DNA from: a virus
Strand: one strand, 5' to 3'
DNA: 64,000 nt
IMG/VR virus record: IMGVR_UViG_3300025141_000046
Coordinates: 29,275-93,274 of that record
Position 1 is the stretch's first letter, and every line of letters begins with the position of its first letter. Made by a program: the position numbers and the translations under genes. The notes below the pieces were generated by a model that was not told where the DNA came from, ran no database searches, and was given only the letters and a program-made list of their open reading frames with translations. Positions 30,078-40,900 of the stretch are shown one piece after another.

Positions 30078-32510
30078 TCACAGCCACGTTATAGAAACGG
30101 TGTTAACATTTCCAGTAAATGAAGCATCTGCCTCTATTTTTAACATAATATACTCATTGGAGTCTACGAATACGGTTCCAAATGTTGCATCATTTGTTGC
30201 ATTTAGCGTGCTATCTAAAGATCCATTAAGGCAACCATCACCATCTCCTGTTTGCCCTGTTGAGAATGCAACTGCAAGATCCATCCAGCCAGTAGTCTGA
30301 TTTCCTGATGTTGTAGGCAGCTTGGCAAGAACTGAAATATTTCCAGTTCCAAGGTTAGTTCCTTGTGAAACTATAGTTCCAGATCCATTAACTGAAAGTC
30401 TAAAATCTGTCTTTGCGCCGCCTGTATTGTTTTGAAAATATCTATAAAATGTTCTCTTTCCAGAGCCTATATTGCTATAATTTACATTTTCATCAGGCCC
30501 GTTTGAAATTGACCCTCCGTCAGAAGTGTTTCTAAAATCTCCACTATTTGCCCCTTGCTGTGGCGCACGAAGTCTACTATTGTAAAACATAAGGCCGTCT
30601 TCATATCCAACATTTGTTCCGCTCATGTGAACAGATGACACCCAGTCATTAGAATTGCTAGTAACGTCTGACTGTGAACCGTAACTTCCAGAAATTTTTC
30701 TATAGTTTTCTAATCTAAACGTCTCAGATGTCGACGTAGAAGTGTTTGATAAGTTATAAAGTAGTATTCCGCTTATCGACTCTGAGCCGCCACTTGAAAT
30801 ATTGGACTTGAGTGGGTGCGGAACATTAACGCTTACAGATATAGAATTGTCTAAAATTGGGTCTGAATTTATTGTAGCTGAACCTGTTATGTGAAGAACT
30901 TTTTGCTCGTTTTCTCCGTTGCTATAATCTATAACAGGGAGAGCCTGTGAGGAGACACTGCAATTAGTTCCATTAAATGTTATGTTATTTTGAGAATAAA
31001 CATTTCTATATGCGTTTGTGACTCTAGCCCTGTACTCTGCAGTTCCTCCTGTATTGTATCTTACACCTGATAGTGTATTCATGCCTGTCATAGAAAGTGT
31101 ATCTAGAGCTGAGCCAGCTGCTGCTAAGGTATTGTTATCACTATCATTTACCCATTCTACGTAATTGCATGTTGTGTCAACACCTGAGATTGTGTGAACT
31201 ACTCTTAAATAGTTCCACCCGTTTCTTTGATCAGATGTTGCGACCGTATAGGTTCCTTGACGGTGCTGGAATGTGTCAAAATTGCTACCATTACTAAAAT
31301 GACCGGGTGTGGTCACAGAAAGATTGAACCCAGAACCGTTTCCATTCACAGAATTTCCAGATCCAAATGAGCTGAGATCTACAGAATGAATCTCTGTCGA
31401 ATTATTGTTCACAAAAAGCTTTAGAATCCCCTGATTGCCATTTCCAAAAGAATCAGCTGCGTAATTCGGACTATCTGCCGGAACGTCTGCGTTAAGTGTA
31501 CCATCTATTACTGTCGCTCCGGTAAAACACGCAACGCGCACATCATTACTAACTGTTGTAGAGCTATAGCTTCCATTAATATTAACGTCAGACAGGCTGG
31601 AGGCAGGTGATGAAAGAGTGGATGGCTGAGCATTTATATACCCTACGATCGACTGAGTCGATCCAAATGAAAGATTTGCATTGGCACCCGAATCATTACA
31701 GTCTATATCGTCTAGTGATGGTGCTGCTGCAGGAGCAAGACCCTTCAGCACCTCGTTGAATCTATCAATAGCTGTTCCAACTGGTGTCCCAGAAAAGAAA
31801 TCAGTAAATAGACCGTCAGAATAAGATCCGTCTTCTGCATTTCCTATTGATCCTGTTAGTGCTACTACACCTGCACCTTCATCACTCAGGATTGCCAAAT
31901 TCGTTACATTAAGCTGCGTTACATTTCCAACATCAGTAGATCCAGATTTAACGTTAGACCCATTATCTGTAGAAGAAACAGTTATTTGACCAGCTGAACT
32001 TGATGATATTGTGACATTGTTTCCTGCAGCTATAAAAGAAGCACCGCTAGGCAGACGAGTTAGTGAAGCTGAAAGATTGGAAACCGTTAGTGTGTTTGTA
32101 GTCTTGTTGAATGTAAAATTAGCGTCGCCGCCGAATGCTGCGCTGTCATTAAACTGAACCTGTGTATTAGATCCGCCTGGATTTCCAGAACCTCCGCTTC
32201 CAAATGCGGTCCATTGCGGATTTAATCCGACATTATTTTTAAATTCGAGAGTTCCATTATTATCTCTGAATCCATATCCAGATGTTCCAGGTGCAATTCC
32301 AAAATTTATGTAATCACTAGCAGAGACAAGAAGGCTTCCTGAGACTGATACATTTCCGTAGACATGGAGTCCCTCTCTAAAGTACGGACTGTCAAGACCT
32401 ACTTCTGTCCTATTTGGAAATTGTATCGAATGAATATTACCCGTTCTGCTCTCTCTAGTGACTAATCTATCAGATTTTTTTAATATTTCATTTTTTACTT
32501 TGCTTCCCAT
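30078..32510 (-). CDS. Tail fibre-like protein (810 aa)
   Basis: GGSNTQVQFNDSAAFGGDANFTFN fibre motif; YGFRDNNGTLEFKN; shares an SLTRL...I.SS..G.IT module with 27941..30070; S/N/T/G-rich. Confidence 0.7.
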   Translation of the reverse strand: MGSKVKNEILKKSDRLVTRESRTGNIHSIQFPNRTEVGLDSPYFREGLHVYGNVSVSGSLLVSASDYINFGIAPGTSGYGFRDNNGTLEFKNNVGLNPQWTAFGSGGSGNPGGSNTQVQFNDSAAFGGDANFTFNKTTNTLTVSNLSASLTRLPSGASFIAAGNNVTISSSSAGQITVSSTDNGSNVKSGSTDVGNVTQLNVTNLAILSDEGAGVVALTGSIGNAEDGSYSDGLFTDFFSGTPVGTAIDRFNEVLKGLAPAAAPSLDDIDCNDSGANANLSFGSTQSIVGYINAQPSTLSSPASSLSDVNINGSYSSTTVSNDVRVACFTGATVIDGTLNADVPADSPNYAADSFGNGNQGILKLFVNNNSTEIHSVDLSSFGSGNSVNGNGSGFNLSVTTPGHFSNGSNFDTFQHRQGTYTVATSDQRNGWNYLRVVHTISGVDTTCNYVEWVNDSDNNTLAAAGSALDTLSMTGMNTLSGVRYNTGGTAEYRARVTNAYRNVYSQNNITFNGTNCSVSSQALPVIDYSNGENEQKVLHITGSATINSDPILDNSISVSVNVPHPLKSNISSGGSESISGILLYNLSNTSTSTSETFRLENYRKISGSYGSQSDVTSNSNDWVSSVHMSGTNVGYEDGLMFYNSRLRAPQQGANSGDFRNTSDGGSISNGPDENVNYSNIGSGKRTFYRYFQNNTGGAKTDFRLSVNGSGTIVSQGTNLGTGNISVLAKLPTTSGNQTTGWMDLAVAFSTGQTGDGDGCLNGSLDSTLNATNDATFGTVFVDSNEYIMLKIEADASFTGNVNTVSITWL

Positions 32511-32519
32511 ATTGCCCCT

Positions 32520-35500
32520 TTATGGTCCCGGTGTCCAGGGACCAAAGAGCACAGGACCTGTCATGTATGGCGATATTGTTGGTTCTGGTCCAGTAGGCGG
32601 AGTCATTGTAGTACCGCTGGATCCGCCGCTGCCTGGAGTAAATGTTGCTCCTCCGTATGTAAAGCCAGACCCGATCAAGGCTGGTGATGCAGAGATTGCC
32701 GAGCTGGTTGAGCTGCTGGTGCTTGATGTGAATGTCCCAGGCGCGGTCACGACGGGGATTCCTGGAACCATTGTAACGAGCTCACTACTCACGAGCAGCG
32801 GATCCGCTGAAGATCTGTCAGAATACGGATATGAAGATGTATACTCAAAGCTAAAGTTAGCAGAATCTGTGGCAAACGGGCTTACTGTAGTTGAACCATT
32901 AAGGCTGCTTACAAATTTTACCTGAATGGGTGATTCATCAATTGCTGCATTTCTCCCACCCGCTACTGATAGAAAGAACTTCCCATACGGTCTTTGCTCT
33001 AGCATATCTCTAATTTGTCCAAACCTGTCTCTTCTAAATTTTGCAACTGGTTTTGCAAGAACAGGGCTAATCATCCCATATCTTGGCCCGAAAGATCCCG
33101 TGATATTATATGAAAATTCGTTCATATTAGTCGGTCCTATTTTTGCTCTATACGAAAATCCTCTGTTAAAGAGCGTAACATATGATAGTTTGCTATAATC
33201 TGTTGATAAAACTTCTTTCACCCTGGTTGATGAAAAAGATCCAGATGAGGGTATAAGCCTAAGATAGAAGTTTTGATGTGTGTATCTATCCGGGTTTCCC
33301 TTATATGGGTACGCTGTAACTCGGTGAAGATTTGCAACGTCTGCATAAATCCTGTGTGTAAATGTTCCAGATGAAATTTTCCAGGCTCTTATAAAGTTAG
33401 TCTGATCTCTCTCGGCAAAATCCACTACATCGGGAGCCATGCTGTCGTAATATGTCTCGATCATATCTGGGAATGATACAAATCTCTGAAGTGAGACGAT
33501 ATTGCTAGCTCCCATCACAGCAGAGGTTTTCTTTGTAACGAAGTGTGGATCTCCCGCGAGCTCTTTTATATTTCTATTCCATATCACAAAGTCATTGTCA
33601 TCATCTCCGATAAAGGACGCAGGTGATCCGACTTTATTATCTGCTGTCGGGGATGAAATAACACTGGGATTTGTTGATGCTCCGTCGATACCTCTTCTAT
33701 TTTTTGAGTGAAGTGAGACTACTGAACGTGCTGTTCTAAACCCAGCATCTGTATTAATTCTATTAAATGATGGTTCTGCTAGCGGAACACTATTTGAAAA
33801 ATTGAGCGCATTTTGTGAAACGTTAAGTTTACCATATACAAAATTATCAACATAAGATCCCGAGAGATCGAGCCTGCTGGCAATATCAAACTGATCTAGT
33901 ACACGTCTTGTACCGATTGCCTCATGAATTGCATTTGATGTAAGTCCTTGATTTGTCGTAACCAGGACTTCGCTGTTTAGCTTGACCTGGCTACCAAAGA
34001 GAGTCAGACTCGCACTACCGGTCAAAATCTTCATAAAGGATCCTGACATGCAACCTAGAATTTCCATAGGTGACAATGATCTGTAAAATCCAAGGTCACG
34101 GCCAGCATCTACGGGTGTTGCACGACCAATATAATTAGTCATTGTCCCAGGTCCACCTCCAGCGAGGCCACTCGATGAGCATGGCAGCATAGATATGCCA
34201 GCATCGATGCCAAGTATTAACTCATCACCTGGCTGAAAAAGGTATGGTGACACCTCAGACGAGGGTCTTGCACCAAAGAGAATTGGATAGGAAGGTGTGC
34301 CAGAGATACCCCAGTCGTGGCCAGTATATCCTAGCATTCCTATGCTTGATAGATTGCTATTTATAGTCCCATCACTATCTTGAAGTGAGTGAAGGTCATC
34401 TCCGTCTATATTAAATTTGCCAGCGCCCAGATATGTCTTAAATTGTCTCGGGTCTCTCACAACACTGTCAGAGCCTACAGACTTCATAGTATCCCGTATG
34501 TAGGATGGAGCCTTATTGGATGATGTAAGCGCAAAGGGCACTAATCCCGCTGCGAGCTGGTCACCAGCGATGAACACATCTTCATTTGAAACAACTGTAT
34601 TTATTGTACTATTGGCAGTCAAGCTTGAAGAAGGTATTTGATCACCGCCCTGCCACCAGTCCTGTGTTATTACTGATCTCTGCGTTGGATTCAAGAACCC
34701 AGTATTAGATGTTCCAGAGCCCTTAAGATCGCCAAGAACGGGAAATCTTGTTCCGCCCACGGGTTGACCATTTGGCACAGCAGCCTGCATCTCAATTCTA
34801 ATTGTACCTGAGAATGCCTGAATTATTGCTGGATTTTTTGAAGGATCTGGATAGGCGTTGACTTTATAGTTAAAATCGTGTGAAAAAGAAGGTGTATGGG
34901 GCAAGCCATGTGATTTTATATGATCGACAACCTTACCTGAAAAAGCATAGCTATTGTAAAACGCGGCTGATCCGGATGCAACAAGTGTTCTTCTAGAGGT
35001 ATTCACATGATTGGTTGAGTCGGCTGGGTTGCTTTCGTCTCTAGTTTGTCTATACAGAAAAAAGACGTAATTATCAATATCTCTACATGATTCATAAAAT
35101 CTTGCCGGCAGTTCCCCGTGCGAATCACCTCTCATCCTCTGCACTGTCACCGGGATCTCAATTACAGCTTTTTCAAGCAAGAAATCACTTCCTAGATATT
35201 CAGAAAGAGAAAATACCTGACTTGCTGTTGCATGATACTGACTATGATACGGTGCCAGGCCTGACTGCGTAGGACAGCCAATTTTATCATATCCTAAGCT
35301 GGATGTAAGAACTGACGCAGGATCAGCTCTTGTGCCCGCGTGTATATCAGCTACGGAGTCAACAAATACACCCATGTGATCTGACATTTTAAACTGTTGA
35401 ACTTTTGGAAAGGGTGTATATGGACTCGACCACGTCCAGGCAGAATTCTCCGGGGCTATGGTGCCACCAAGCCGCACTGTATTTGCGTTCATGGAGTTAC

Positions 35501-37055
35501 TGGATCCAGAATACATCATGTAATAGTTAGAATCTAGACCCTTATCTTCCCACTGGTTTCCAGAAAAGTTATAATAATAGAACCCTGTTGAATAGAAGCC
35601 GAATGGGAAAAGGCCGATATTTGAGATCGAGTTTCCGCTGCTGTCTGTGTAGTTAGACGGGACGCCGTTTCTTGAGTATCTTGTGATATATTTTTCTGAT
35701 GAGTTATTTATTGGAAGCTTTATAATAATCTTATCCCTTAGTGGTGATCCGAAACCGGGATAGTCTTTAGCTGTTGTTCCTGACATGTAGAAAGCATCTG
35801 ATTTGTCTAGAAGGAATATATTTGAATCATTAAAAGGTGTAAAGTTTATGCCAGTATCAACAACTTCTTTTATGCCCTGTGCAGATAAAAACGGATTTGC
35901 TCTTCCAGCAATAGATCCACTAGCCATATTTGAATTCTGATTTGGGCTTGGAATTAGATAAGATAGATCTGCATTTTTAAGGTTTTCTTCATTTTGAACC
36001 AATGGCCAGATTGAGCCAGTTTGTTCAAGAAAAGTTTGAGTAACTGTATCGTTAAAAGTTACTGTCTTATTTCCCTTAAGCGGTCCTCTTGCGCCAGTAG
36101 TTCTGAGATGATTTGGATACTCGCCCCTTACATCGTCTTCGTCTCTAAGCCTGACTCTATTTGGCAGAGACAGTATTCCTGATTGTGCTGTGTATGCACC
36201 AGCAGTAGAGTGATAAAGCGCTTTTATATTCTCTGCGCTTAGGGCAACATTCCATATTCCAAACTCTGCCATGAAGCCTTCGAGCTCGACGGCACTGTTC
36301 CAATTTGCACCAATGTTCCAGCTTGGAGTTAGCGATGTATTCATTCCGACATATGTACCTATGAGTGCATGTGATGTATTTAAAAGATTTCCATTAATGT
36401 AAATTTGAGCACTGCTTGGTAGCGGGCCAGGATCACCAGAATAGCTAACTGCTATGTGATGCCACGTGTGCATTGGAATTAAGTGAGATTTATTATGAGG
36501 CCCAGTAGTATTTGATGCCACATAGGAATGGCCACCTCCATTGACAGTATCCTGGACTGCAAATGCTACCAGCCAGTCTCCCGTAGCAGTGCCAGGGTAG
36601 ACTCCGAGTTCTGTGGCGTAGTTTGTGCTAATATCATTTGGACATCCAAATATATAAGAGTAAGGTGGTCCAGGGAGGAAACGAACCCAGGTAGCAACTG
36701 TAAATGGTTTATCTGACCCGACAGATGGTACTGGTTGACCAAAAGCTAGTTGCGGTGACGGGGCTGTTTGCGCGGAGGAAACACCAGGTCTAAATCTAAC
36801 TACTGGAATATCTATTATTCTTGAAATTTCTTTATTTGGTATCTGCTGGTTTGAAAAGGCCAATGGCGGGGCCGTATACCCTAGGGAAATTGAATTATTG
36901 CTGAGATCATCAGGTCCAGTAGGAGTCATTCTAGCCCAAAGCTGGAGCGCTTCTGCTGTCTCCTTCGTGTATATACCGCCGCCTGCGACGAATGGTTCAT
37001 TTAGATCGTAGACCGCGAGTCCCTTGGGTCCTCTTTTCTTAATATAGACTGGCAT
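32520..37055 (-). CDS. Large virion protein (1511 aa) with N-terminal LamG domain and S/T/P/G-rich C-terminal tail
   Basis: PFTVATWVR...TWHHIAVSY...QIYING...GFMAEFGIWNVALSAENIKALY is a clear LamG; FRRDRFGQIRDMLEQR near the C-terminus. Confidence 0.75.
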   Translation of the reverse strand: MPVYIKKRGPKGLAVYDLNEPFVAGGGIYTKETAEALQLWARMTPTGPDDLSNNSISLGYTAPPLAFSNQQIPNKEISRIIDIPVVRFRPGVSSAQTAPSPQLAFGQPVPSVGSDKPFTVATWVRFLPGPPYSYIFGCPNDISTNYATELGVYPGTATGDWLVAFAVQDTVNGGGHSYVASNTTGPHNKSHLIPMHTWHHIAVSYSGDPGPLPSSAQIYINGNLLNTSHALIGTYVGMNTSLTPSWNIGANWNSAVELEGFMAEFGIWNVALSAENIKALYHSTAGAYTAQSGILSLPNRVRLRDEDDVRGEYPNHLRTTGARGPLKGNKTVTFNDTVTQTFLEQTGSIWPLVQNEENLKNADLSYLIPSPNQNSNMASGSIAGRANPFLSAQGIKEVVDTGINFTPFNDSNIFLLDKSDAFYMSGTTAKDYPGFGSPLRDKIIIKLPINNSSEKYITRYSRNGVPSNYTDSSGNSISNIGLFPFGFYSTGFYYYNFSGNQWEDKGLDSNYYMMYSGSSNSMNANTVRLGGTIAPENSAWTWSSPYTPFPKVQQFKMSDHMGVFVDSVADIHAGTRADPASVLTSSLGYDKIGCPTQSGLAPYHSQYHATASQVFSLSEYLGSDFLLEKAVIEIPVTVQRMRGDSHGELPARFYESCRDIDNYVFFLYRQTRDESNPADSTNHVNTSRRTLVASGSAAFYNSYAFSGKVVDHIKSHGLPHTPSFSHDFNYKVNAYPDPSKNPAIIQAFSGTIRIEMQAAVPNGQPVGGTRFPVLGDLKGSGTSNTGFLNPTQRSVITQDWWQGGDQIPSSSLTANSTINTVVSNEDVFIAGDQLAAGLVPFALTSSNKAPSYIRDTMKSVGSDSVVRDPRQFKTYLGAGKFNIDGDDLHSLQDSDGTINSNLSSIGMLGYTGHDWGISGTPSYPILFGARPSSEVSPYLFQPGDELILGIDAGISMLPCSSSGLAGGGPGTMTNYIGRATPVDAGRDLGFYRSLSPMEILGCMSGSFMKILTGSASLTLFGSQVKLNSEVLVTTNQGLTSNAIHEAIGTRRVLDQFDIASRLDLSGSYVDNFVYGKLNVSQNALNFSNSVPLAEPSFNRINTDAGFRTARSVVSLHSKNRRGIDGASTNPSVISSPTADNKVGSPASFIGDDDNDFVIWNRNIKELAGDPHFVTKKTSAVMGASNIVSLQRFVSFPDMIETYYDSMAPDVVDFAERDQTNFIRAWKISSGTFTHRIYADVANLHRVTAYPYKGNPDRYTHQNFYLRLIPSSGSFSSTRVKEVLSTDYSKLSYVTLFNRGFSYRAKIGPTNMNEFSYNITGSFGPRYGMISPVLAKPVAKFRRDRFGQIRDMLEQRPYGKFFLSVAGGRNAAIDESPIQVKFVSSLNGSTTVSPFATDSANFSFEYTSSYPYSDRSSADPLLVSSELVTMVPGIPVVTAPGTFTSSTSSSTSSAISASPALIGSGFTYGGATFTPGSGGSSGTTMTPPTGPEPTISPYMTGPVLFGPWTPGP

Positions 37056-37918
37056 TATTTAGTCAAGCCTCCAAAGGCCAAAGAGTCAATACCTGTAACG
37101 TTTCTAATTCCAGTTGCCCCTATAGATACAGATCGCTTTGACTGAAAGTTAAATGCAGTATTACACTCCATCTTTGAAATTATCCCAACTCCGACAAAAT
37201 CGTTAAAGAGAGAATTAGATTGAATCATGAGATCATTTTTCTTAGCAGACCTATCACTATCATCATACGGTGCTACCGGTGTAGGCTCAAAATCTGATAT
37301 TCCATCAGACTTAAGGCTAAACTTGCCAATAGACATCTTTGTATCCTGTGAATCTATAAACTTTGAATCCTCATTGAAACCTGCAGGATAGCTACTTGGG
37401 TCTATAGTATACATTATGGGAGGGTTAAAAAGAGTTGACCGTATTGTATGTGCAACAAACGGAGAATCAATAGATGCCCCTGCAAGAGTTCCCCTCACAT
37501 CAAGCGGTTCAATTATACCATTCATCTGACCAGGTGACAGCCAGTTTGGACTAAGCATTATATTCGGATATGCTGTGATTCCAGTATCTTGTAAAAATTT
37601 AACAGGGTCTCTTAGCGTTGCAATATCCTGATATGCTGATACGTCAATTTCATTGTCACTGTCAGTGAAGAGTCTAACAATGCCGTATGTTGTCTTTTCA
37701 AGAGAGAAGTCTATTGGATTTCTAGTTGTTGCAGGGAAACCCATAGACGTAAGGAGGGGAGTCAATTTTTGAAATACAACTGTCATATCCCTGACTGAGA
37801 CGCCTTGCATGAATGGTCTTACGTCACCAGAGGCCATTGAGCCTGTGGTCAATGTTACAGTTCTATAGGCCTGATTTAAATTCACCCCCGGTCTATCAAT
37901 AAAAGGCTGTATTGGCAC
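37055..37918 (-). CDS. Hypothetical structural protein (287 aa)
   Basis: GTG start with AAGGAG RBS; NGIIEPLDVR, GIDSLAFGGL C-terminus; in baseplate block. Confidence 0.6.
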   Translation of the reverse strand: MPIQPFIDRPGVNLNQAYRTVTLTTGSMASGDVRPFMQGVSVRDMTVVFQKLTPLLTSMGFPATTRNPIDFSLEKTTYGIVRLFTDSDNEIDVSAYQDIATLRDPVKFLQDTGITAYPNIMLSPNWLSPGQMNGIIEPLDVRGTLAGASIDSPFVAHTIRSTLFNPPIMYTIDPSSYPAGFNEDSKFIDSQDTKMSIGKFSLKSDGISDFEPTPVAPYDDSDRSAKKNDLMIQSNSLFNDFVGVGIISKMECNTAFNFQSKRSVSIGATGIRNVTGIDSLAFGGLTK

Positions 37919-37929
37919 TTTAAACTCCT

Positions 37930-40900
37930 TTAAAACTTCTTAAGTTGTCCGACATATTGTGATAAAAGTATATCTCCTCTATCAAAAGATCTCTCATTTG
38001 ACAGCAGGTATATATCATCAAATAAATATCTAAATTTATTTCTTTCTAGCGGATGAGACTCGTAGACAAAATCAACTCCTAAAAACGTAGTATTTCTTGG
38101 AACTAGCTGCTCAATAATATACGTTAAAGATTTATTAAACCATTTAAACATTGAAAAATAATTTTGAAACTCAGGCTTTGCAAAAAGCCTTCTGAAATAC
38201 AGCTTTCTCGCCTGGTCGAGGTCTGGATATATTTCATCAAATAGTAAGTCTGGCCTGCCAATAGCATTGTCAAAGAATATCATATCAGAAAACATAGACA
38301 TTATATCCTCATCAAGTGCCTTGACAGAAGAAAATTCAATTGCAAATCTACTATCGTCGTCAGGCTCTTCAGATCTCAAAACTTCATAAACTGGTGCAGG
38401 TCTAGCATAGTCATGATTTTCTAAAAGCTCAGCTGTATTAAAGCTTCTAACCCGTATTTTATTATCTGTTTGTGAAAGATCAAACTTTGGTGAAATTTCA
38501 GAATAAAATACTAGCTCATCACTTATAATTTTCTTAGAGTTTTCAAAGTTTCTAGCTTGCATATCTCCAATTTCTTGTGTAAAGTTTGTTAAAGTTAAAT
38601 TTCCAGAAGCGTCACTTGATGTTATAGGTTGTGTTAATTGAATATCCTGTCTTATTCTTTCAAAAGACCCGGTGCTCATTGATGTAAAATCGTATCCTAC
38701 TCTTGGATTATGACTTCCATATGAAGAGGGATTTAGCGTGTGTTCTCTTCTCTGCTTACCTGTTATAGCTGATGACCAGAATTTTATTTTTCCAACTCTA
38801 CCTGCAAAGTCTGTCGTGCTAGCCATTGATAAGTCACCAGATGAAAATCCTGAAACTGAATCTAGCCCAGTATCTGTTAAAAATAAATTAGTATAGGTTC
38901 CTAAACTTTGTGATCCGATTACTGCAAAAGTTCCACTTACACTATGAGTTGTATTTATATTTTCAAAAGCTGACTCAAGACCTTCATCGCCAAGAAGCCC
39001 TGATTTAAAGAATGACTCTTTAATATTTCCGTTTGCAGATCTTCCGCAACTAAGAAAATATGATGATGACCCTTCAGTTGATATTGGAAGTGCTGTATAG
39101 CTCTGTGACATTGAAGACCTGATATCATCACTTCTTACTCTTCCGAAAGATATGTACCACGGATCACCGTTGAATATCTCGGCACCGGTTAAGACTAGCT
39201 TTATTCCAGGCTGCGATGCTTGTAAAGATGACCTGACATACAGATTTAATGTTGTGGGCCTATCCTGTGTTCCGGAAACTGCAACAAGATTGGCGACGAT
39301 CGCGCCCCTGGCAATACTAGAACCTGTTACACATAATCTAGCAAGACTCTGGCTTACAGGTTGATTAAACTTTGCCCTAGTTTTTTCTAAAAATCTATAG
39401 TATCCCTCATAGGAAAATGAGCCAGACGTTAAAAGACCGTCATCTACATTGTTAGAAATACCGTTTCTAAGAGATGGAGATCTTCCAACAAATGCACCCT
39501 GTATTTTTGGGTATCCTGGTTCAACTCTTGATGAGCTAAGATATGGAGATATTGAATATGGAATATTTTCAAAAAATCCCTGGGCATCTTCTGTACCGGG
39601 AGTTGCTGTAATGCTACCAGAAAAGTCAAGCAATGGTAGATTTTTTATAATATTTTTTCTTAAATTATCTAAAGATCGTTTTGACGGGCCGCCAAACTCT
39701 CTGACAGTCAATATGCTGTCTGGGTTTATACCGAAAGATCTAATTGTTGACTTTATGCTCTCTGTTGTACCTTTTGACCTTATAACATACGGAAGATTTA
39801 TGAGAAATCTTTTCCAAAGTTGATTCTGAAGATCTCTTAGTGATTTTGGTGCAAATGCATATGCGTCACCAATGTCCTCCCCGTCTATAAATTCAAATAT
39901 ATTGGATGAAGAAAATAAATCTGGCAGTTGAATTCCATAGTATTTTGCAACCATGGGTATTAGCTGGTCAGGTGTCGTAGAGTATCCGTCGTAGTCAACA
40001 TTAAGAAAATCAGATATGCTATCGATTACTATTTTTATTTCGTCAAAAAGTTTTGCGTATATGAATAGGAATCCGGTCAGCATTTGAGATGATCCAAGCT
40101 TTGCAGATCCTGGTATTGAATCTCCTGTAATAGGATTGTAAAGTTCACCCTGCAAATTTTCAAATCCGTCCGCGGCCTGGCCCTCTAGAAATAAATGTGA
40201 AGGTACGAGTCTTGTAATAATATTTGGATTTACAAGATCATATCTGCTTGCTGATAAAAGTAACCGCTGATTGAAATTTTTAACTAAGTAGTGATCCGGA
40301 AATAGAATCGGCGAAAGATTTATCTTTTCTGCCGTCATTGGGCTTAAAATCGATCCTGTCAGCCTGAGAGAAGTTTTATAGTTGTTGATAATGCTATGGA
40401 GTGAATTACCTGAAGAGTCTAGCACTACATCATTAGGTTTGTAAGAACCTGATGCCTCGTTAAATTTAAAGTAAAGTTTCAAATCATCAGATGCGTATAT
40501 TGTTTTTGAGCTATACTTCTTAAAATCTAATTCGGATCTTATACTATGGAAGACTCGAAGCTCATCAAGTGATCCTGAAAATGTTTCGAGTGGTGTGAAA
40601 GTTGATGAGCCTCCAGGCATCTCTTTTGAATTTACAGATATTGTTGTGCCAGATCCGATAAGAAAGTCTGCTCTAGATAGATTTAGTGTATCAAACAATG
40701 CAGAATTTGAAGATGTTGAAGACAACAATGAATTTATGTATATTTTTGCCTTGTTATCTGAGCCTCTGTCATAAACAGATGAAACTTGATTAAACTTTCC
40801 TTTTTCTATAGACGATGAGACAAACAGTGAAATTGATCCTGAATTGACTCCGAAAATTAATTTACATGTACTTGTTGATAAAGATTCGCTTAGCGCAAGG

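Noticed and set aside
25201-32510. Diversity-generating retroelement acting on fibre C-termini
   Set aside because: No reverse transcriptase and no near-identical nucleotide repeat pair with adenine-specific mismatches; shared modules are similar only at protein level.
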